A stretch of DNA of 64,000 bases, taken from positions 7,758 through 71,757 of the IMG/VR virus record IMGVR_UViG_3300024264_000023; one strand, 5' to 3'. The first letter of the stretch is position 1. Each line of letters opens with the position of its first letter. This DNA comes from a virus. The notes beneath the pieces were generated by a model. The model searched no databases. It was not told the origin of the DNA and was given only the letters and a program-made list of their open reading frames with translations. Position numbers and translations under genes: made by a program. Below are positions 1 through 10,226 of the stretch, piece after piece.

Positions 1-649
1 GGAAAAAAGTTACTATAAAGTGCCTGATCAACAAGACCCAATATACACAATGGTTGACATTGCTTGTAATACAGATTTAGTACTGATGCAGAAACATGTG
101 AGGAAAGCAGGAATTTCTTTATATGATTACTTGCTTATGTATGATAAACATAAAAATCTTAATACAACAATGGCTACAAAGTACCCAGGACTATTAACGT
201 TAGACGTTAGTAATTTTAACAAGCCTCCAAGAGTTCGTGTTAGTCTTATGCCTCAGAAGTATTCTAATATATTAGAACCTAAGATGCAAAAGATAGAAAG
301 CCGTATAGCTGATGTTAACCGTCTCAAGCAGTTGGGATGGGAAGTACATTGTAATTACAGCCCTCTTGTATTTTATCCCGGATGGAAAGAAGAGTATGAT
401 AATCTTTTTAAACAGGTAAAAGAACTAGCAGGTATAAATAAATGTGAGGTAATTGCTTTAACCAATCATAAGAACCAAATGATTAAAGCATCACCAGAAG
501 CGCAGGAACTAATGAGGCGTTCTTATGAAGTTAAAAATCAATCAGGCGTTATGAGGTATCCTTTAGAACATAAAGGCAGGCTAATCAATGAATTCAAGGA
601 TATATACAAGAAGTATTTTCCTTTAAACACAATAAGATATATATTTTAA
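1..649 (+). CDS. Spore photoproduct lyase-like radical SAM protein (5' partial)
   Basis: The frame is open from the window edge. It has SPL-like segments (DIACNTD, RVRVSLMPQ, LEP..IESRI, HCNYSPLVFYPGW..EY). The CxxxCxxC motif would lie upstream of the window. Confidence 0.7.
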   Translation, partial: EKSYYKVPDQQDPIYTMVDIACNTDLVLMQKHVRKAGISLYDYLLMYDKHKNLNTTMATKYPGLLTLDVSNFNKPPRVRVSLMPQKYSNILEPKMQKIESRIADVNRLKQLGWEVHCNYSPLVFYPGWKEEYDNLFKQVKELAGINKCEVIALTNHKNQMIKASPEAQELMRRSYEVKNQSGVMRYPLEHKGRLINEFKDIYKKYFPLNTIRYIF

Positions 650-672
650 TTTGCTGAGTCAGATTAATTTAT

Positions 673-680
673 TATATTTA
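673..680 (+). promoter_or_regulatory. Possible Bacteroidota-type -7 promoter element (TATATTTA)
   Basis: One mismatch to TAnnTTTG, in the intergenic gap 20 nt before the ATG at 701. Confidence 0.35.
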
Positions 681-700
681 CACTTAATAAGTTTATAATT

Positions 701-1582
701 ATGGGATATAAAAAACCAACAGAAGTGACTAAAGCATTTCTAAAAAGTCAACCTTTACCTAACCATGGTAAATCTTACACAGTCATATCACACAAAGAAG
801 TGATAGACAACACTATGAATCTTCTTAATGCAAGTGGATTCACTATAATAAAAGAAGTCTATAGATCTAATATGAATGCTAATGTAGCACAAGGTATCTA
901 TCATTTAAGACCTATTAATCCTGTTGATAGCAGTATAATGGAAGAAGAAGAACTAGGTATGATGTTCTCTTGGACTAACTCTTATGATAAAAGTACAAGG
1001 TTTCAGTGTGCTATAGGAGCTTATGTTAAAGTATGTTCAAACGGAATGGTTGCTGGTGATATGATGAATTACACTAGAAAGCATACCGGAACAGCTAATA
1101 TGGACACTAAGTTACATATGACAGATCAAATCAAGAATGCTGAAGTATATTATAAAAGATTAATAAATGATAAAGAATATCTTAAGTCTGTTGAACTTAG
1201 CTGTAAACAACAGTCAGAGTTGGTAGGAAGATTATTTATTGATGAAGATATAATAGACACACAACAAGTATCTATGATAAAGAAAGAAATGGATAAACCA
1301 TCTTTTGATTATGGTCAGAGTAATAACAGTGCGTGGGCTTTTTATAATCATGTAACGCATGCATTAAAGAAAGCACATCCAAGAGACTGGTTATCAGATC
1401 AAAAAGACTTTCATGATTTTGTAACTGCTGAAGTTATAAATAAGAACTTATATGCTAATCTAGAAGTTAACACCAATGTTAATGACATAGATATAGTTAT
1501 GGAAGATATTGTTGAAGTTCCAATTGATATAGATATAACAGAAAAAGTATTAGTTCAAGAAATGTACATGGGTAGAATATGA
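701..1582 (+). CDS. DUF932/DUF945-like phage protein
   Basis: NSYDKS, VCSNGM..G, RKHTG and AWAFYNHVT motifs typical of this family. Confidence 0.65.
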   Translation: MGYKKPTEVTKAFLKSQPLPNHGKSYTVISHKEVIDNTMNLLNASGFTIIKEVYRSNMNANVAQGIYHLRPINPVDSSIMEEEELGMMFSWTNSYDKSTRFQCAIGAYVKVCSNGMVAGDMMNYTRKHTGTANMDTKLHMTDQIKNAEVYYKRLINDKEYLKSVELSCKQQSELVGRLFIDEDIIDTQQVSMIKKEMDKPSFDYGQSNNSAWAFYNHVTHALKKAHPRDWLSDQKDFHDFVTAEVINKNLYANLEVNTNVNDIDIVMEDIVEVPIDIDITEKVLVQEMYMGRI

Positions 1583-1662
1583 GCCCAGGATTAAGAATAC
1601 TTTTTTTAATTATTATAATATATATAATATGGATCCTAAAAGGTAGAAAGTTAGGTGAATAA
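1579..1662 (+). CDS. 27-aa single-TM peptide (MSPGLRILFLIIIIYIIWILKGRKLGE), absent from the ORF track
   Basis: ATGA overlap with the upstream stop; hydrophobic core followed by a basic tail. Confidence 0.5.
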   Translation: MSPGLRILFLIIIIYIIWILKGRKLGE

Positions 1663-1712
1663 TGATGGGGCCAAACCAACTGCATGTTATACATGTAGGC
1701 CCCTACACCTAA
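1651..1712 (+). other. GC-rich nested stem-loop
   Basis: TTAGGTG/CACCTAA, GGGGC/GCCCC and CTGCATGT/ACATGTAG stems with an AAACCAA bulge. Confidence 0.5.
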
Positions 1713-1722
1713 TTAAGTAAAT

Positions 1723-1941
1723 ATGGACTGGACTAAAACACAACTTACAGAACCTGAGCAAAGAGCACAGAGCATATATAATAATATGGGTCCTACAGAT
1801 GGACTTATACACATCCTACAGTTGCGTTATACTTGTGAAGAAATGCCTTTTGAAACATTAGTAAAATACTGGAAAGAAGTAGAGACTGTGTTTAGGACTA
1901 TAAGAGGAAAAAAAAATATAAATGTTAGAGATTGGTTATGA
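1723..1941 (+). CDS. Hypothetical protein
   Basis: 72-aa ORF with an A-rich upstream region, in the operon. Confidence 0.65.
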   Translation: MDWTKTQLTEPEQRAQSIYNNMGPTDGLIHILQLRYTCEEMPFETLVKYWKEVETVFRTIRGKKNINVRDWL

Positions 1942-2129
1942 AAAAATTCATAGAGTTTGCATTAATATGGTACAGTCAGCAAATGGCAATACCATTTTGG
2001 GTAATCGGACATGTACATCTAAGTATAAATACATATAAAGATATTCATGAGATTATAGCTAGCTTAGGTTTAAACCTACTCGTAGCTGTTGGATTCATAA
2101 TTGACTATCGTAAAAATAAAAATAAATAA
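1932..2129 (+). CDS. Small membrane protein (true start probably ATG at 1938)
   Basis: Two hydrophobic segments and a basic C-terminus; ATGA coupling at 1938. Confidence 0.65.
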   Translation: MVMKKFIEFALIWYSQQMAIPFWVIGHVHLSINTYKDIHEIIASLGLNLLVAVGFIIDYRKNKNK

Positions 2130-2349
2130 ACTTATGCATGAATTATTTGATATATGCGTTGAGGTGTTATACTGGATAGCAGATATAACTGGCTTAACAT
2201 ATAAGGAAGCTAATATTTGGATTTTTGTAATTATTCATCCCATAGTTACTGTGGCTTTATTTGCAATAGTGATTTGGCAAAGGAATAAAATTAATCGTAA
2301 AGTAAAGACAAATGACAAAGAAAGAAAAAAGAGAACAAGAAAGATATAA
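2101..2349 (+). CDS. Small membrane protein (true start probably ATG at 2134)
   Basis: GLTYKEANIWIFVIIHP followed by a TM helix and a basic tail. Confidence 0.65.
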   Translation: MTIVKIKINKLMHELFDICVEVLYWIADITGLTYKEANIWIFVIIHPIVTVALFAIVIWQRNKINRKVKTNDKERKKRTRKI

Positions 2350-2518
2350 TAAAGCAGGTATAAACTTTATACCTTGCAGTGAAGATAGTCAAATTTACAG
2401 CTGGCAAAGAACTAATAGGAAAGCAACATCTCGTGCTGCAAATGGTCCATGTGGAGCATATGAAGTTAGAAAGATTGAAGATGTTATGGCTGAAAGAAGG
2501 AAAAAGAAAAAGAAATGA
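2312..2518 (+). CDS. Basic hypothetical protein
   Basis: 68-aa ORF, ATGA-coupled to the next gene. Confidence 0.6.
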   Translation: MTKKEKREQERYNKAGINFIPCSEDSQIYSWQRTNRKATSRAANGPCGAYEVRKIEDVMAERRKKKKK

Positions 2519-2826
2519 TAAAAAAAGAATGGCTATTTATGGATAAAGCTGAAAAAAGAAAAGATACTCCAGTATTTACTGGTGTTCTTAAATACTTCCC
2601 GGATGCTATTATGGAAATAGCAAGAGTTTCCTTACAAGGAAACAAACAACATCACCCTGATAAACCATTACATTGGGATCGTAATAAGTCTAATGATGAT
2701 TTTGATGCATTAGCTAGACATCTTATAGATGCAGGAACAATTGATGATGACGGAATACGTCATACAGCAAAGGTTGCTTGGCGTGCACTTGCATGTTTAC
2801 AAAAAGAATTGGAAGATCAAAAATAA
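2515..2826 (+). CDS. dATP/dGTP diphosphohydrolase-like (DUF5664-type) protein
   Basis: FPDAIMEIARVSLQGNKQH...W...DALARHL...HTAKVAWRALA pattern. Confidence 0.7.
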   Translation: MIKKEWLFMDKAEKRKDTPVFTGVLKYFPDAIMEIARVSLQGNKQHHPDKPLHWDRNKSNDDFDALARHLIDAGTIDDDGIRHTAKVAWRALACLQKELEDQK

Positions 2827-2827
2827 C

Positions 2828-3007
2828 TTACTTGTTATACTGATCTTTCATTATACCATTCATTGTACCCAATACAGTTGAATCTTGGGCAACCTTAAAA
2901 CCGCCTTTACCTGTACTTTTATTAGTAACTACTGAGCCACCAGCCCTAACTTTAGGACTGTGTGGACTCATAGGGTTACTTGCACTATTTGTTTTTACTT
3001 TACTCAT
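2828..3007 (-). CDS. 59-aa basic protein with xxGG motifs (MSKVKTNSASNPMSPHSPKVRAGGSV...GKGGF...), absent from the ORF track
   Basis: TAATG overlap with the upstream fibre gene stop; ends 1 nt from the convergent gene. Confidence 0.65.
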   Translation of the reverse strand: MSKVKTNSASNPMSPHSPKVRAGGSVVTNKSTGKGGFKVAQDSTVLGTMNGIMKDQYNK

Positions 3008-6000
3008 TATAAAATTGTTACTTGACCCGTAAATATATTTACTTGCACTGATGTTCCATCACCTGCATTAAATGCATTACCTGTTGCGGTACCAGTATTA
3101 TTAAAAGGAGGACCATTAAATATTTCTATTTGATCTGCAGGATTACTAGGATCTTCTTTAAATATTCTAAGAGTAGCTGCATCACCATGGGCACTTGCAA
3201 CCCATGTAAGAGCCGGATCAATAGAAAATGGTTGACCTAATACATAACCTGAACCTGGTCTTGTTACAGAATCTATAGATACTATAGATTGATTATTTCC
3301 AGCTGTTGCATTCATAGTTACAAAAACTGAACATCCACTATCTCCACCACTTATAAAATATTCTGCTCTAGTTGTTGGGTTTCCAGCACCACTAAATAAA
3401 CTTTGAGCATAACCAGCACCGCCACTATTTAAAGTTACACCGGTAACTTCTCCATTAGGACCTATTGAACTAATTGTACCTGTGGCTTGTGTTGTAGCAC
3501 GTGTTTTGGCCCAATTATCTCCTGCAATATAAAAAATTATATTACCATCTATACTATTAGCAGCTATCTGTTGTATAACACCTGCTTGAAGTCTTTGCGC
3601 TCCTGTAGAACTCCAAAGTGTATCTACATTATTTGTTGCTTTAACATATCCTCCATCGTAGTTATAAATTGTGTTAGATTTAGACCCTGTAGCACCACGT
3701 GGTGTATAATCAATATTAGCAGAACTCATTATACTAGGTGATCCATTAACTCCTAGTCCAGTTTGTGCATTGTTAGTTGGTCTAGTCCAAGTTCTACCAT
3801 TTGGTCCAGTTAGATATCCAAGTGAAGGAGAATAACTATCTAAACTGTATCTTCTAACTGCTGTGTTTGTAGTACCATTTGCTGGATTTTGTATACCATT
3901 ATTAGAAGTAGAGGTTCTTAGTAAATTATAAACTTCTGTTCCACCAGCAGCATTTGTGATAGCAGCATATATTTTAAATGCACCATCATTACACTGATGA
4001 GCAGACCCATTATTTGGTGCTAAAGGTATTGCTGATATAGCAAAAGGAGCATAACCAATATCTTCATTTTGAATTACATAAGTTAAATTACCTGTTACAG
4101 CATTTACACCTGATAAACCAAAAGCAATATTTATTGTATTAGCATCAAAAATTATAGTATCACCTATTGATATATTATCATTAGCAGGATAAGACATAGG
4201 GTGAGCTACAATATTTGGTGTTACTGATTCAACGATACTTGAATTAACTTGATAACCAGCAGTTAAATATACTAATTGAAATGTTGAATTTGCAACACCT
4301 GGATATGTTCCACCACTCGGTGAAACATTCAATACTTCATTATTGTTATTTAGTCCTGAATTGCTTAGGTTACCAGGTTGAGATGTAAATTGAGTTAATC
4401 TTCTTCCTTGACTAGTATAATTTCCCATCCAGTTTTGTGGTGAAGGAAAAGGTATAGGGTTCCATGTACCTCCAGTAGCTCCATATACAGGTAAATTTGT
4501 ATTAGCTCTGAAAGGAAACAGTGCATTTGTAGATGTTCCTGTTGCTTGCTCACTTGACACCTGAAATTCAAATCTATTTAATATATCTAAAGCTGCAGTT
4601 ACATTAAAAATGTACTCGCTCTTACAAGTTACATCTACATCTTGAAGTGTAAATCTAAATTGCTGATTACCAGATGGAACAGAAGGTTGATCAAAAGTAA
4701 ACTGCCATGGTGCTGGTACATCTTTTTGTATTGTTGATCCTGCTGGAAGACCTGCTATCCAAGTTGTACCACCATCAAGAGAATATTCTGTTGTAAGTGT
4801 TACGTCAGTATATGCATTATCTGGGTCACAATAATCACCCACCCACTGATAAGGTGAACCTGCAGGATCAGTAAATAAAGGTGCAGTTGATGCTGCTCCA
4901 CAAGGTTGATTAGCTCCTTGATAAACAGCAAATGATGGTACATCACAAACACAACTTATATTATATGTTGTTGTTGCTTCTTTTTCACATGTACCGTCAC
5001 TAACTTTCCATGTAAATGATCCTGTTCCACAATAGTTTATAGCAGGAACAAAATCATAAACACCAGTAGCTGAATTCAAATTAACTGTACCATGTGATGC
5101 TGGAGGTGCAGTTACAATACTCCAAGTTAATGGATCACCATCAGGATCTGAGGCTGTTAAAGTTTGACCTGTTAAAGTTGTATCTTCTACTAAACTAATA
5201 GTAGTGTTTTGTACAATAGGGCATTGATTAAGAGGTTGTATTTCACAGCAAGCATCCCACCATATAATTTGATTACCTGCAGCATCTATACGTAAAATAT
5301 AATGAAATTTTACAGCTACTCCTTGTAGCCAAAATCCACCAGATTGATTAGTTGGTATATAAGGAAAACCATTAACAGCATCACCAGACCAAGTTGTTCT
5401 CACAGTCTGTGTAGTTCCTCCATTAACACCTGTAAATAGTAAATAGTCTAAAGGTATATTAGGGCTATCTGCAACAAAAACAAAATAACCTTCATCTGCA
5501 TTCAAAAGATTATTTGGTCTAATTGCTCTAAAAGCAGTCGGAATAGTAACTTGCATATAACCATTATACTTATCTACATCCCAGTTTGTTATACCTAGAC
5601 CTGGATCTATTAAATCCCAACCTAATTCTGGTACAATACTAAGTGCATCTCTCCATCTAACCACATTGGCTGAAGCAGGGTCTCTTACTAGAACTTGTGT
5701 AAGAGTATCATCTTGATTTACATCATCTAAAAATAGTTCTTTAGTTTGTTGTAGTTCACCGTCATTAATAACTTTAGTTGCAGGAGTTCCTGAATCACCA
5801 TCTTGTATTAATAAAGAACAACCTAATGTATTAGAGTTAGGTGTCCATAATGGTATTCTATAGATTTCACATTGTTCTCCTACAATTGCTGCAGGGTTAT
5901 CTTCCCAAGAGAATGTTACTCCATCAGAGATAAGAATCTGATCTGCTGTTCCAATAGGTAACTCTTGTTTTAAATTGTTTACATTTCCTTGCCATAGACT

Positions 6001-6666
6001 TCCATAAGTTAAAGCTTCTACAACATCATCATCTGACCATATTACTCTTCCGTCACCTAAACCTACAAGTACTTGAGATAGTTGACCAACATTTCCTTGT
6101 GAATCTGTAATAGGCCCACTAAGTACAATGTTTGAGTTTAAAGTTGTAGTTGTAGGAGGTACTGTAGCCATGGTTAAACTACCATGCTGTACATTTACTA
6201 ATGCAGTAAATGTAACTCCATCCATTGTGAAATTTGAATCATCTTCTAATACACCGCCAGGACCAACTATAACTATACGGTCTTCTGTTAGTGTTGGAGT
6301 TGTTATAGTACCTTCTACATATAAATCACCTGCTATATTGATAGTATCACCTATAGCATTTTGAGTTATGATAGAATCCATTAAGGTATCCCATGCACAT
6401 GACCCTTCAGGTGTAGTATAAACAGGAACAAAACCAAGTTTACCTTCACCCGGTTTTGTTCTAGTTAAATTTTCTGTAGCTTCACAAACAAGATCTCCCC
6501 ACTTTACAACAAAAGGTTCCATCTTAGGATTATAAACAGCACCAGTATTTAAACTACTGTTCTGATAAAGCTTACCAAATTCAAAATGATCTCTCATTTT
6601 GTCTAGTTTCTTTTTCTTTTTATTCCTTTTTAATAGTCCTAAGACCTCTTGTATATAAACACTCAT
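3007..6666 (-). CDS. Virion fibre/appendage protein with a cadherin-like (Big_9) domain
   Basis: 1219 aa, G/T/N-rich; EDTTLTG..ASDPDGDPLTWSIV..HGTV..SFTWKVSDG at about 4990-5230; N-terminus paralogous to the 908- and 397-aa proteins. Confidence 0.75.
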   Translation of the reverse strand: MSVYIQEVLGLLKRNKKKKKLDKMRDHFEFGKLYQNSSLNTGAVYNPKMEPFVVKWGDLVCEATENLTRTKPGEGKLGFVPVYTTPEGSCAWDTLMDSIITQNAIGDTINIAGDLYVEGTITTPTLTEDRIVIVGPGGVLEDDSNFTMDGVTFTALVNVQHGSLTMATVPPTTTTLNSNIVLSGPITDSQGNVGQLSQVLVGLGDGRVIWSDDDVVEALTYGSLWQGNVNNLKQELPIGTADQILISDGVTFSWEDNPAAIVGEQCEIYRIPLWTPNSNTLGCSLLIQDGDSGTPATKVINDGELQQTKELFLDDVNQDDTLTQVLVRDPASANVVRWRDALSIVPELGWDLIDPGLGITNWDVDKYNGYMQVTIPTAFRAIRPNNLLNADEGYFVFVADSPNIPLDYLLFTGVNGGTTQTVRTTWSGDAVNGFPYIPTNQSGGFWLQGVAVKFHYILRIDAAGNQIIWWDACCEIQPLNQCPIVQNTTISLVEDTTLTGQTLTASDPDGDPLTWSIVTAPPASHGTVNLNSATGVYDFVPAINYCGTGSFTWKVSDGTCEKEATTTYNISCVCDVPSFAVYQGANQPCGAASTAPLFTDPAGSPYQWVGDYCDPDNAYTDVTLTTEYSLDGGTTWIAGLPAGSTIQKDVPAPWQFTFDQPSVPSGNQQFRFTLQDVDVTCKSEYIFNVTAALDILNRFEFQVSSEQATGTSTNALFPFRANTNLPVYGATGGTWNPIPFPSPQNWMGNYTSQGRRLTQFTSQPGNLSNSGLNNNNEVLNVSPSGGTYPGVANSTFQLVYLTAGYQVNSSIVESVTPNIVAHPMSYPANDNISIGDTIIFDANTINIAFGLSGVNAVTGNLTYVIQNEDIGYAPFAISAIPLAPNNGSAHQCNDGAFKIYAAITNAAGGTEVYNLLRTSTSNNGIQNPANGTTNTAVRRYSLDSYSPSLGYLTGPNGRTWTRPTNNAQTGLGVNGSPSIMSSANIDYTPRGATGSKSNTIYNYDGGYVKATNNVDTLWSSTGAQRLQAGVIQQIAANSIDGNIIFYIAGDNWAKTRATTQATGTISSIGPNGEVTGVTLNSGGAGYAQSLFSGAGNPTTRAEYFISGGDSGCSVFVTMNATAGNNQSIVSIDSVTRPGSGYVLGQPFSIDPALTWVASAHGDAATLRIFKEDPSNPADQIEIFNGPPFNNTGTATGNAFNAGDGTSVQVNIFTGQVTIL

Positions 6667-6718
6667 TGTTTTTTATTTTATTGTTTATTTTTTATTTAGA
6701 CTAATATCATTAGACTTA

Positions 6719-9445
6719 TTACGGTTCTACTCTTGGATTGTAGAATCTTATTTCTATATTACCTTGAGATATTCCTTTAGTACTGCCAGTAAAATCTTCT
6801 TCTAGAAAATCTAGATAAACAGCATTTTCAGTAGGTGTTAATTCCCACTCTCTAAAAAAGATTTCTGCAGGACGTGTACCTTCTATTATTTCTGATCTAC
6901 CATTTGCCATGACCCACGGAAATTTACTAGTTTCACATCTTGTACTTGTGTCTCCTGGTGCATGTATAAGAATTTTATATACTGCTGTTCCTCCTTGCCA
7001 AGTGAACTGACATCCTGTATCATTTGATAATTCTTGAACTGAAATTGGAGCTCCTTTAGGATGATTGAAACGTGCAACATAAGATGTATAGTTTACTCCA
7101 CTACCGCCTGTACCATTTGATGCTGCAGTAAGTCTACCTTGAGCATCAACTTCAATATTAGCATTTGTATAAACCCCTGGGGTAACAGATGTGTTTTCTA
7201 AATCTATAGTTAGTTTATCTGTAGCAACAGTGCTTGTTGCAATTCCTACACCACCTGCTAGTAAAGCTGTATCTCCATCAGCAACAACTTGCCCTGTTCC
7301 AATATCACCTGTTAATGTCCACCCTGCAGTTGAATTAGTCCAAGGTACATTAACAACTAGTTGATCACTAGAATTAAATTGAACTCCATAAGTTCTTTTT
7401 TCTACTTCCGTGACAGGGTTTGATCCTTGTGATTGTACAACATCACTAAATAATTTACCAATACCAAGAACGGTTGATGACATTTTTGGTACAGCTGCAG
7501 CGCTAGGTAATGTAATTGTTTTAACATTTACTGCATTTACGTGACCAGTTGTATCTTGTATAATACTATCTACTACTGTAAAAGTACCTCCGGCTATAGG
7601 AGATGCTGTAGATGTTGTATCAGTTCTTGTTGTATCATCATGATCAATATCTAATTGTATGTCAGTTCCAACAAGTGTTACGCTTGTACTTATCTTATCT
7701 AGACCTCTAAACTGAACTTCTACTCCGTCTGTTACAGGTTCAATACCTGTACCATCACCAATTGTCCAACTAGACATACTACCTCCAGATGTTGACCAAG
7801 GTACGTTTACTACTAATTGATCATCTGAATTAAATTGAACACCGTATGTTCTATCTTTAACAGTTGATACTGCCTCAGCTGCTTCAAGCTGTACTGTATC
7901 ATCCCATAATTTACCTGTTCCAGTTACCGTAGATGTCATCACTGGTACTGCTGCAGGAATAACAGGGAATGTTTCTAATGCACCATCACCTCTAACATAT
8001 TGAGCTGGTACCCCTTGAAAATTTAAAGTTAAGAAAGGTGTGGTAGTTGAATTTGCTACAGAAGGTACTATTGCATCTGCTATTCCTGGCGTTACATCAC
8101 AATTAAAATCTGTTACTGTCCCTGTCCCTACAGAAGGGAATGTTTGTAAAGTTCCTGTACCATCTATATATTGTTGTGCAGTACCTGCACCTGTAAATGA
8201 AAGAGTACCTGACCCTGTTACAGGAGATCCTGAAACAACAAATGCAGGGGGTGCTGATAAACCAACACTAGTAACGGAACCAGAACCACCAGAAGCGTCT
8301 ATAGTTACTCCATTACCTGCTTGTGTTAATGTTATATTAGTTCCTGCATTTAAAAATAATGTACTAAGAACACTGTTTGAATCCTCTAAGTTGACTGCAT
8401 AGTTTGTACCACCAGACTGTTGACCACTAAGAGTATATGTTGTATTATTATCTATAGAACTTATTTGTACTGTATCGTTACCCTGATCTGTTAATGTAAT
8501 GTTATTACCAGCTTCAAGAATTACTTTATCTAATGAGCCGTCTGATCCAGTTAAATCTATAGAATAGTTTACACCAGCAGCACCGCTTCCTTGACCACTT
8601 AAATCATATGTAGTATTACTTGCTGCAGCAGGTGTTGGTAGAGTTACTGTTTTAAAGTTTACTTCTGTAGGGTGCCCAGTTGCATCTTGAATTATTTTGT
8701 CAACAACCTCAAATGAAGCACCAAATGCAGGTGATTCAGATGATGCTGTATCTATTCTAGTTGTATCAAGGTGAGTAATAGTTATTTTCTCCGGGTTACC
8801 TCCAGCTAATGATAGTGCAGTACGTATTTTTGGGCCTCCGTCAAAAACAACTACTTCATTACTTTCTACAGTTCCTGTTATAAAACCATCACTAATTCTC
8901 CAACCGGCAAATAAGATTGGAAAGGTTTCTAGGTTTCCAGCACCATTAACATACTGAGTTGCATTACCTAAATAATTAAATGTAAGAATACCAGAAGTTG
9001 TAATAGGACCTCCAGAGACTGCAATTGCATTTCCATTAGTATCAGCGTCTATACTAGTAACAGTTCCATCAAACTCATCAGAACTACTTATAGTTATAGC
9101 ATTAGAGCCATCATCGGTTAAAGTAATATTATTACCCTCAATAAGTTTTACTATATCAACAGTACCATCTGATCCGGTAAGTATTAAATTAACACCACCT
9201 TTGAATCCTTCACTACTATAATCATAAGTAGTATTTGAACCAACACCAATAGCTTCAGCCAACTGCTTGACTGAAATTAATTCTTGTTCAAGTTTTGGCA
9301 AGTATGCCATTACATTTAAGGAACTATCTTGTTTTGTTGATAGAATTAAAAAATCCTCTTTACCATCTTTATCAAGATCATAAGGGTTTGGTGCATATTT
9401 TTTCTTGGCAAATAATCCAATTACGTCTTGCAGTAGTGAGCCCAT
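6719..9445 (-). CDS. Tail/head fibre protein with modular shaft repeats
   Basis: Repeats: NTTY..GSDG..L..GNNITLTD x3, GTVT..QYV.G.G.LETFP x3, RTYGVQFNS.DQLVVNVPW x2; also the VDAQGRLTAASNG fibre motif. Confidence 0.8.
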   Translation of the reverse strand: MGSLLQDVIGLFAKKKYAPNPYDLDKDGKEDFLILSTKQDSSLNVMAYLPKLEQELISVKQLAEAIGVGSNTTYDYSSEGFKGGVNLILTGSDGTVDIVKLIEGNNITLTDDGSNAITISSSDEFDGTVTSIDADTNGNAIAVSGGPITTSGILTFNYLGNATQYVNGAGNLETFPILFAGWRISDGFITGTVESNEVVVFDGGPKIRTALSLAGGNPEKITITHLDTTRIDTASSESPAFGASFEVVDKIIQDATGHPTEVNFKTVTLPTPAAASNTTYDLSGQGSGAAGVNYSIDLTGSDGSLDKVILEAGNNITLTDQGNDTVQISSIDNNTTYTLSGQQSGGTNYAVNLEDSNSVLSTLFLNAGTNITLTQAGNGVTIDASGGSGSVTSVGLSAPPAFVVSGSPVTGSGTLSFTGAGTAQQYIDGTGTLQTFPSVGTGTVTDFNCDVTPGIADAIVPSVANSTTTPFLTLNFQGVPAQYVRGDGALETFPVIPAAVPVMTSTVTGTGKLWDDTVQLEAAEAVSTVKDRTYGVQFNSDDQLVVNVPWSTSGGSMSSWTIGDGTGIEPVTDGVEVQFRGLDKISTSVTLVGTDIQLDIDHDDTTRTDTTSTASPIAGGTFTVVDSIIQDTTGHVNAVNVKTITLPSAAAVPKMSSTVLGIGKLFSDVVQSQGSNPVTEVEKRTYGVQFNSSDQLVVNVPWTNSTAGWTLTGDIGTGQVVADGDTALLAGGVGIATSTVATDKLTIDLENTSVTPGVYTNANIEVDAQGRLTAASNGTGGSGVNYTSYVARFNHPKGAPISVQELSNDTGCQFTWQGGTAVYKILIHAPGDTSTRCETSKFPWVMANGRSEIIEGTRPAEIFFREWELTPTENAVYLDFLEEDFTGSTKGISQGNIEIRFYNPRVEP

Positions 9446-9455
9446 TGTTTTTTGT

Positions 9456-9800
9456 TTATAAGTACACTGCAGATAGTTTTACACCTACCTGAAGTGAACA
9501 TGTTATTGTTATGTTACCATCAACATCATTAAAAGCGTCAACTTCAAAAGGACCTAAAAACCCTGTCTCACCATTAGCTATTGCTAATATAGCATTTTCT
9601 TTTGTCAAAGTACCTAATAATGGATCAATAACTGTAGTTACAACAGGTATAACTGTTGCAGTAATTGAGTCACCACTATTGTTTTGCACATAAAAAAATT
9701 CTTTACCTGTATTTGCTAAAGTATCTCCTTTAGGATCAGGTATGACTGATGTGGGTTGTAAGCCTGATTGACTTATCTGTTGTGCTGTTAATATTGCCAT
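9456..9800 (-). CDS. Small beta-rich virion/decoration protein
   Basis: 114 aa in the structural operon; beta-sandwich-like pattern. Confidence 0.6.
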   Translation of the reverse strand: MAILTAQQISQSGLQPTSVIPDPKGDTLANTGKEFFYVQNNSGDSITATVIPVVTTVIDPLLGTLTKENAILAIANGETGFLGPFEVDAFNDVDGNITITCSLQVGVKLSAVYL

Positions 9801-9810
9801 AGTATTTAAT

Positions 9811-10038
9811 TTATTTTTTTCCTTTTCTATAGCCGTTTTTAAATGCAGCTGATTGAACTGGCTCAGAAGCTTTTGTAGATGATCTTTTTATTTCAACACC
9901 TTGTGCCGCTAAACGCATTCTAGTTGCCGTAGCAGTTGCATTTTTTTTAGCCTGAATTCTTGCTGGTATAGATGTTGGATCATAATATCCATTTTCTATT
10001 TTTCCGTTTCCCTCTGGGAATGATATTTTTTTTGCCAT
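9811..10038 (-). CDS. Small basic hypothetical protein
   Basis: 75 aa, K/A-rich, in the operon. Confidence 0.6.
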   Translation of the reverse strand: MAKKISFPEGNGKIENGYYDPTSIPARIQAKKNATATATRMRLAAQGVEIKRSSTKASEPVQSAAFKNGYRKGKK

Positions 10039-10040
10039 GA

Positions 10041-10226
10041 TTATTTTCCTTTTTTAAGACCTGTTAAAACACAACCACCTCTTTTTGCATAACCCATAAG
10101 TCCTCCACCATCAGCATATGAAGTCATTCTTGCTTTGGCTGCTGTTTCTTCACCACCTTTTTGTTTGTATCCTTTAGCTTTTAAAGCATTAAATAATGCT
10201 TGTCCACCTTTTTTTCCATTACCCAT
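10041..10226 (-). CDS. Small basic protein with four xxGG motifs
   Basis: KKGG, KQKGG, YADGGG, AKRGG. Confidence 0.65.
   Translation of the reverse strand: MGNGKKGGQALFNALKAKGYKQKGGEETAAKARMTSYADGGGLMGYAKRGGCVLTGLKKGK

Noticed and set aside
1497-1694. 65-aa minus-strand ORF
   Set aside because: It is antisense to a coupled plus-strand operon; the 27-aa plus-strand ORF and the hairpin explain the region better.
6719-9445. Diversity-generating retroelement or invertible cassette from the fibre repeats
   Set aside because: The repeats are diverged in-frame protein modules; no reverse transcriptase, adenine-specific TR/VR pair or recombinase was seen.
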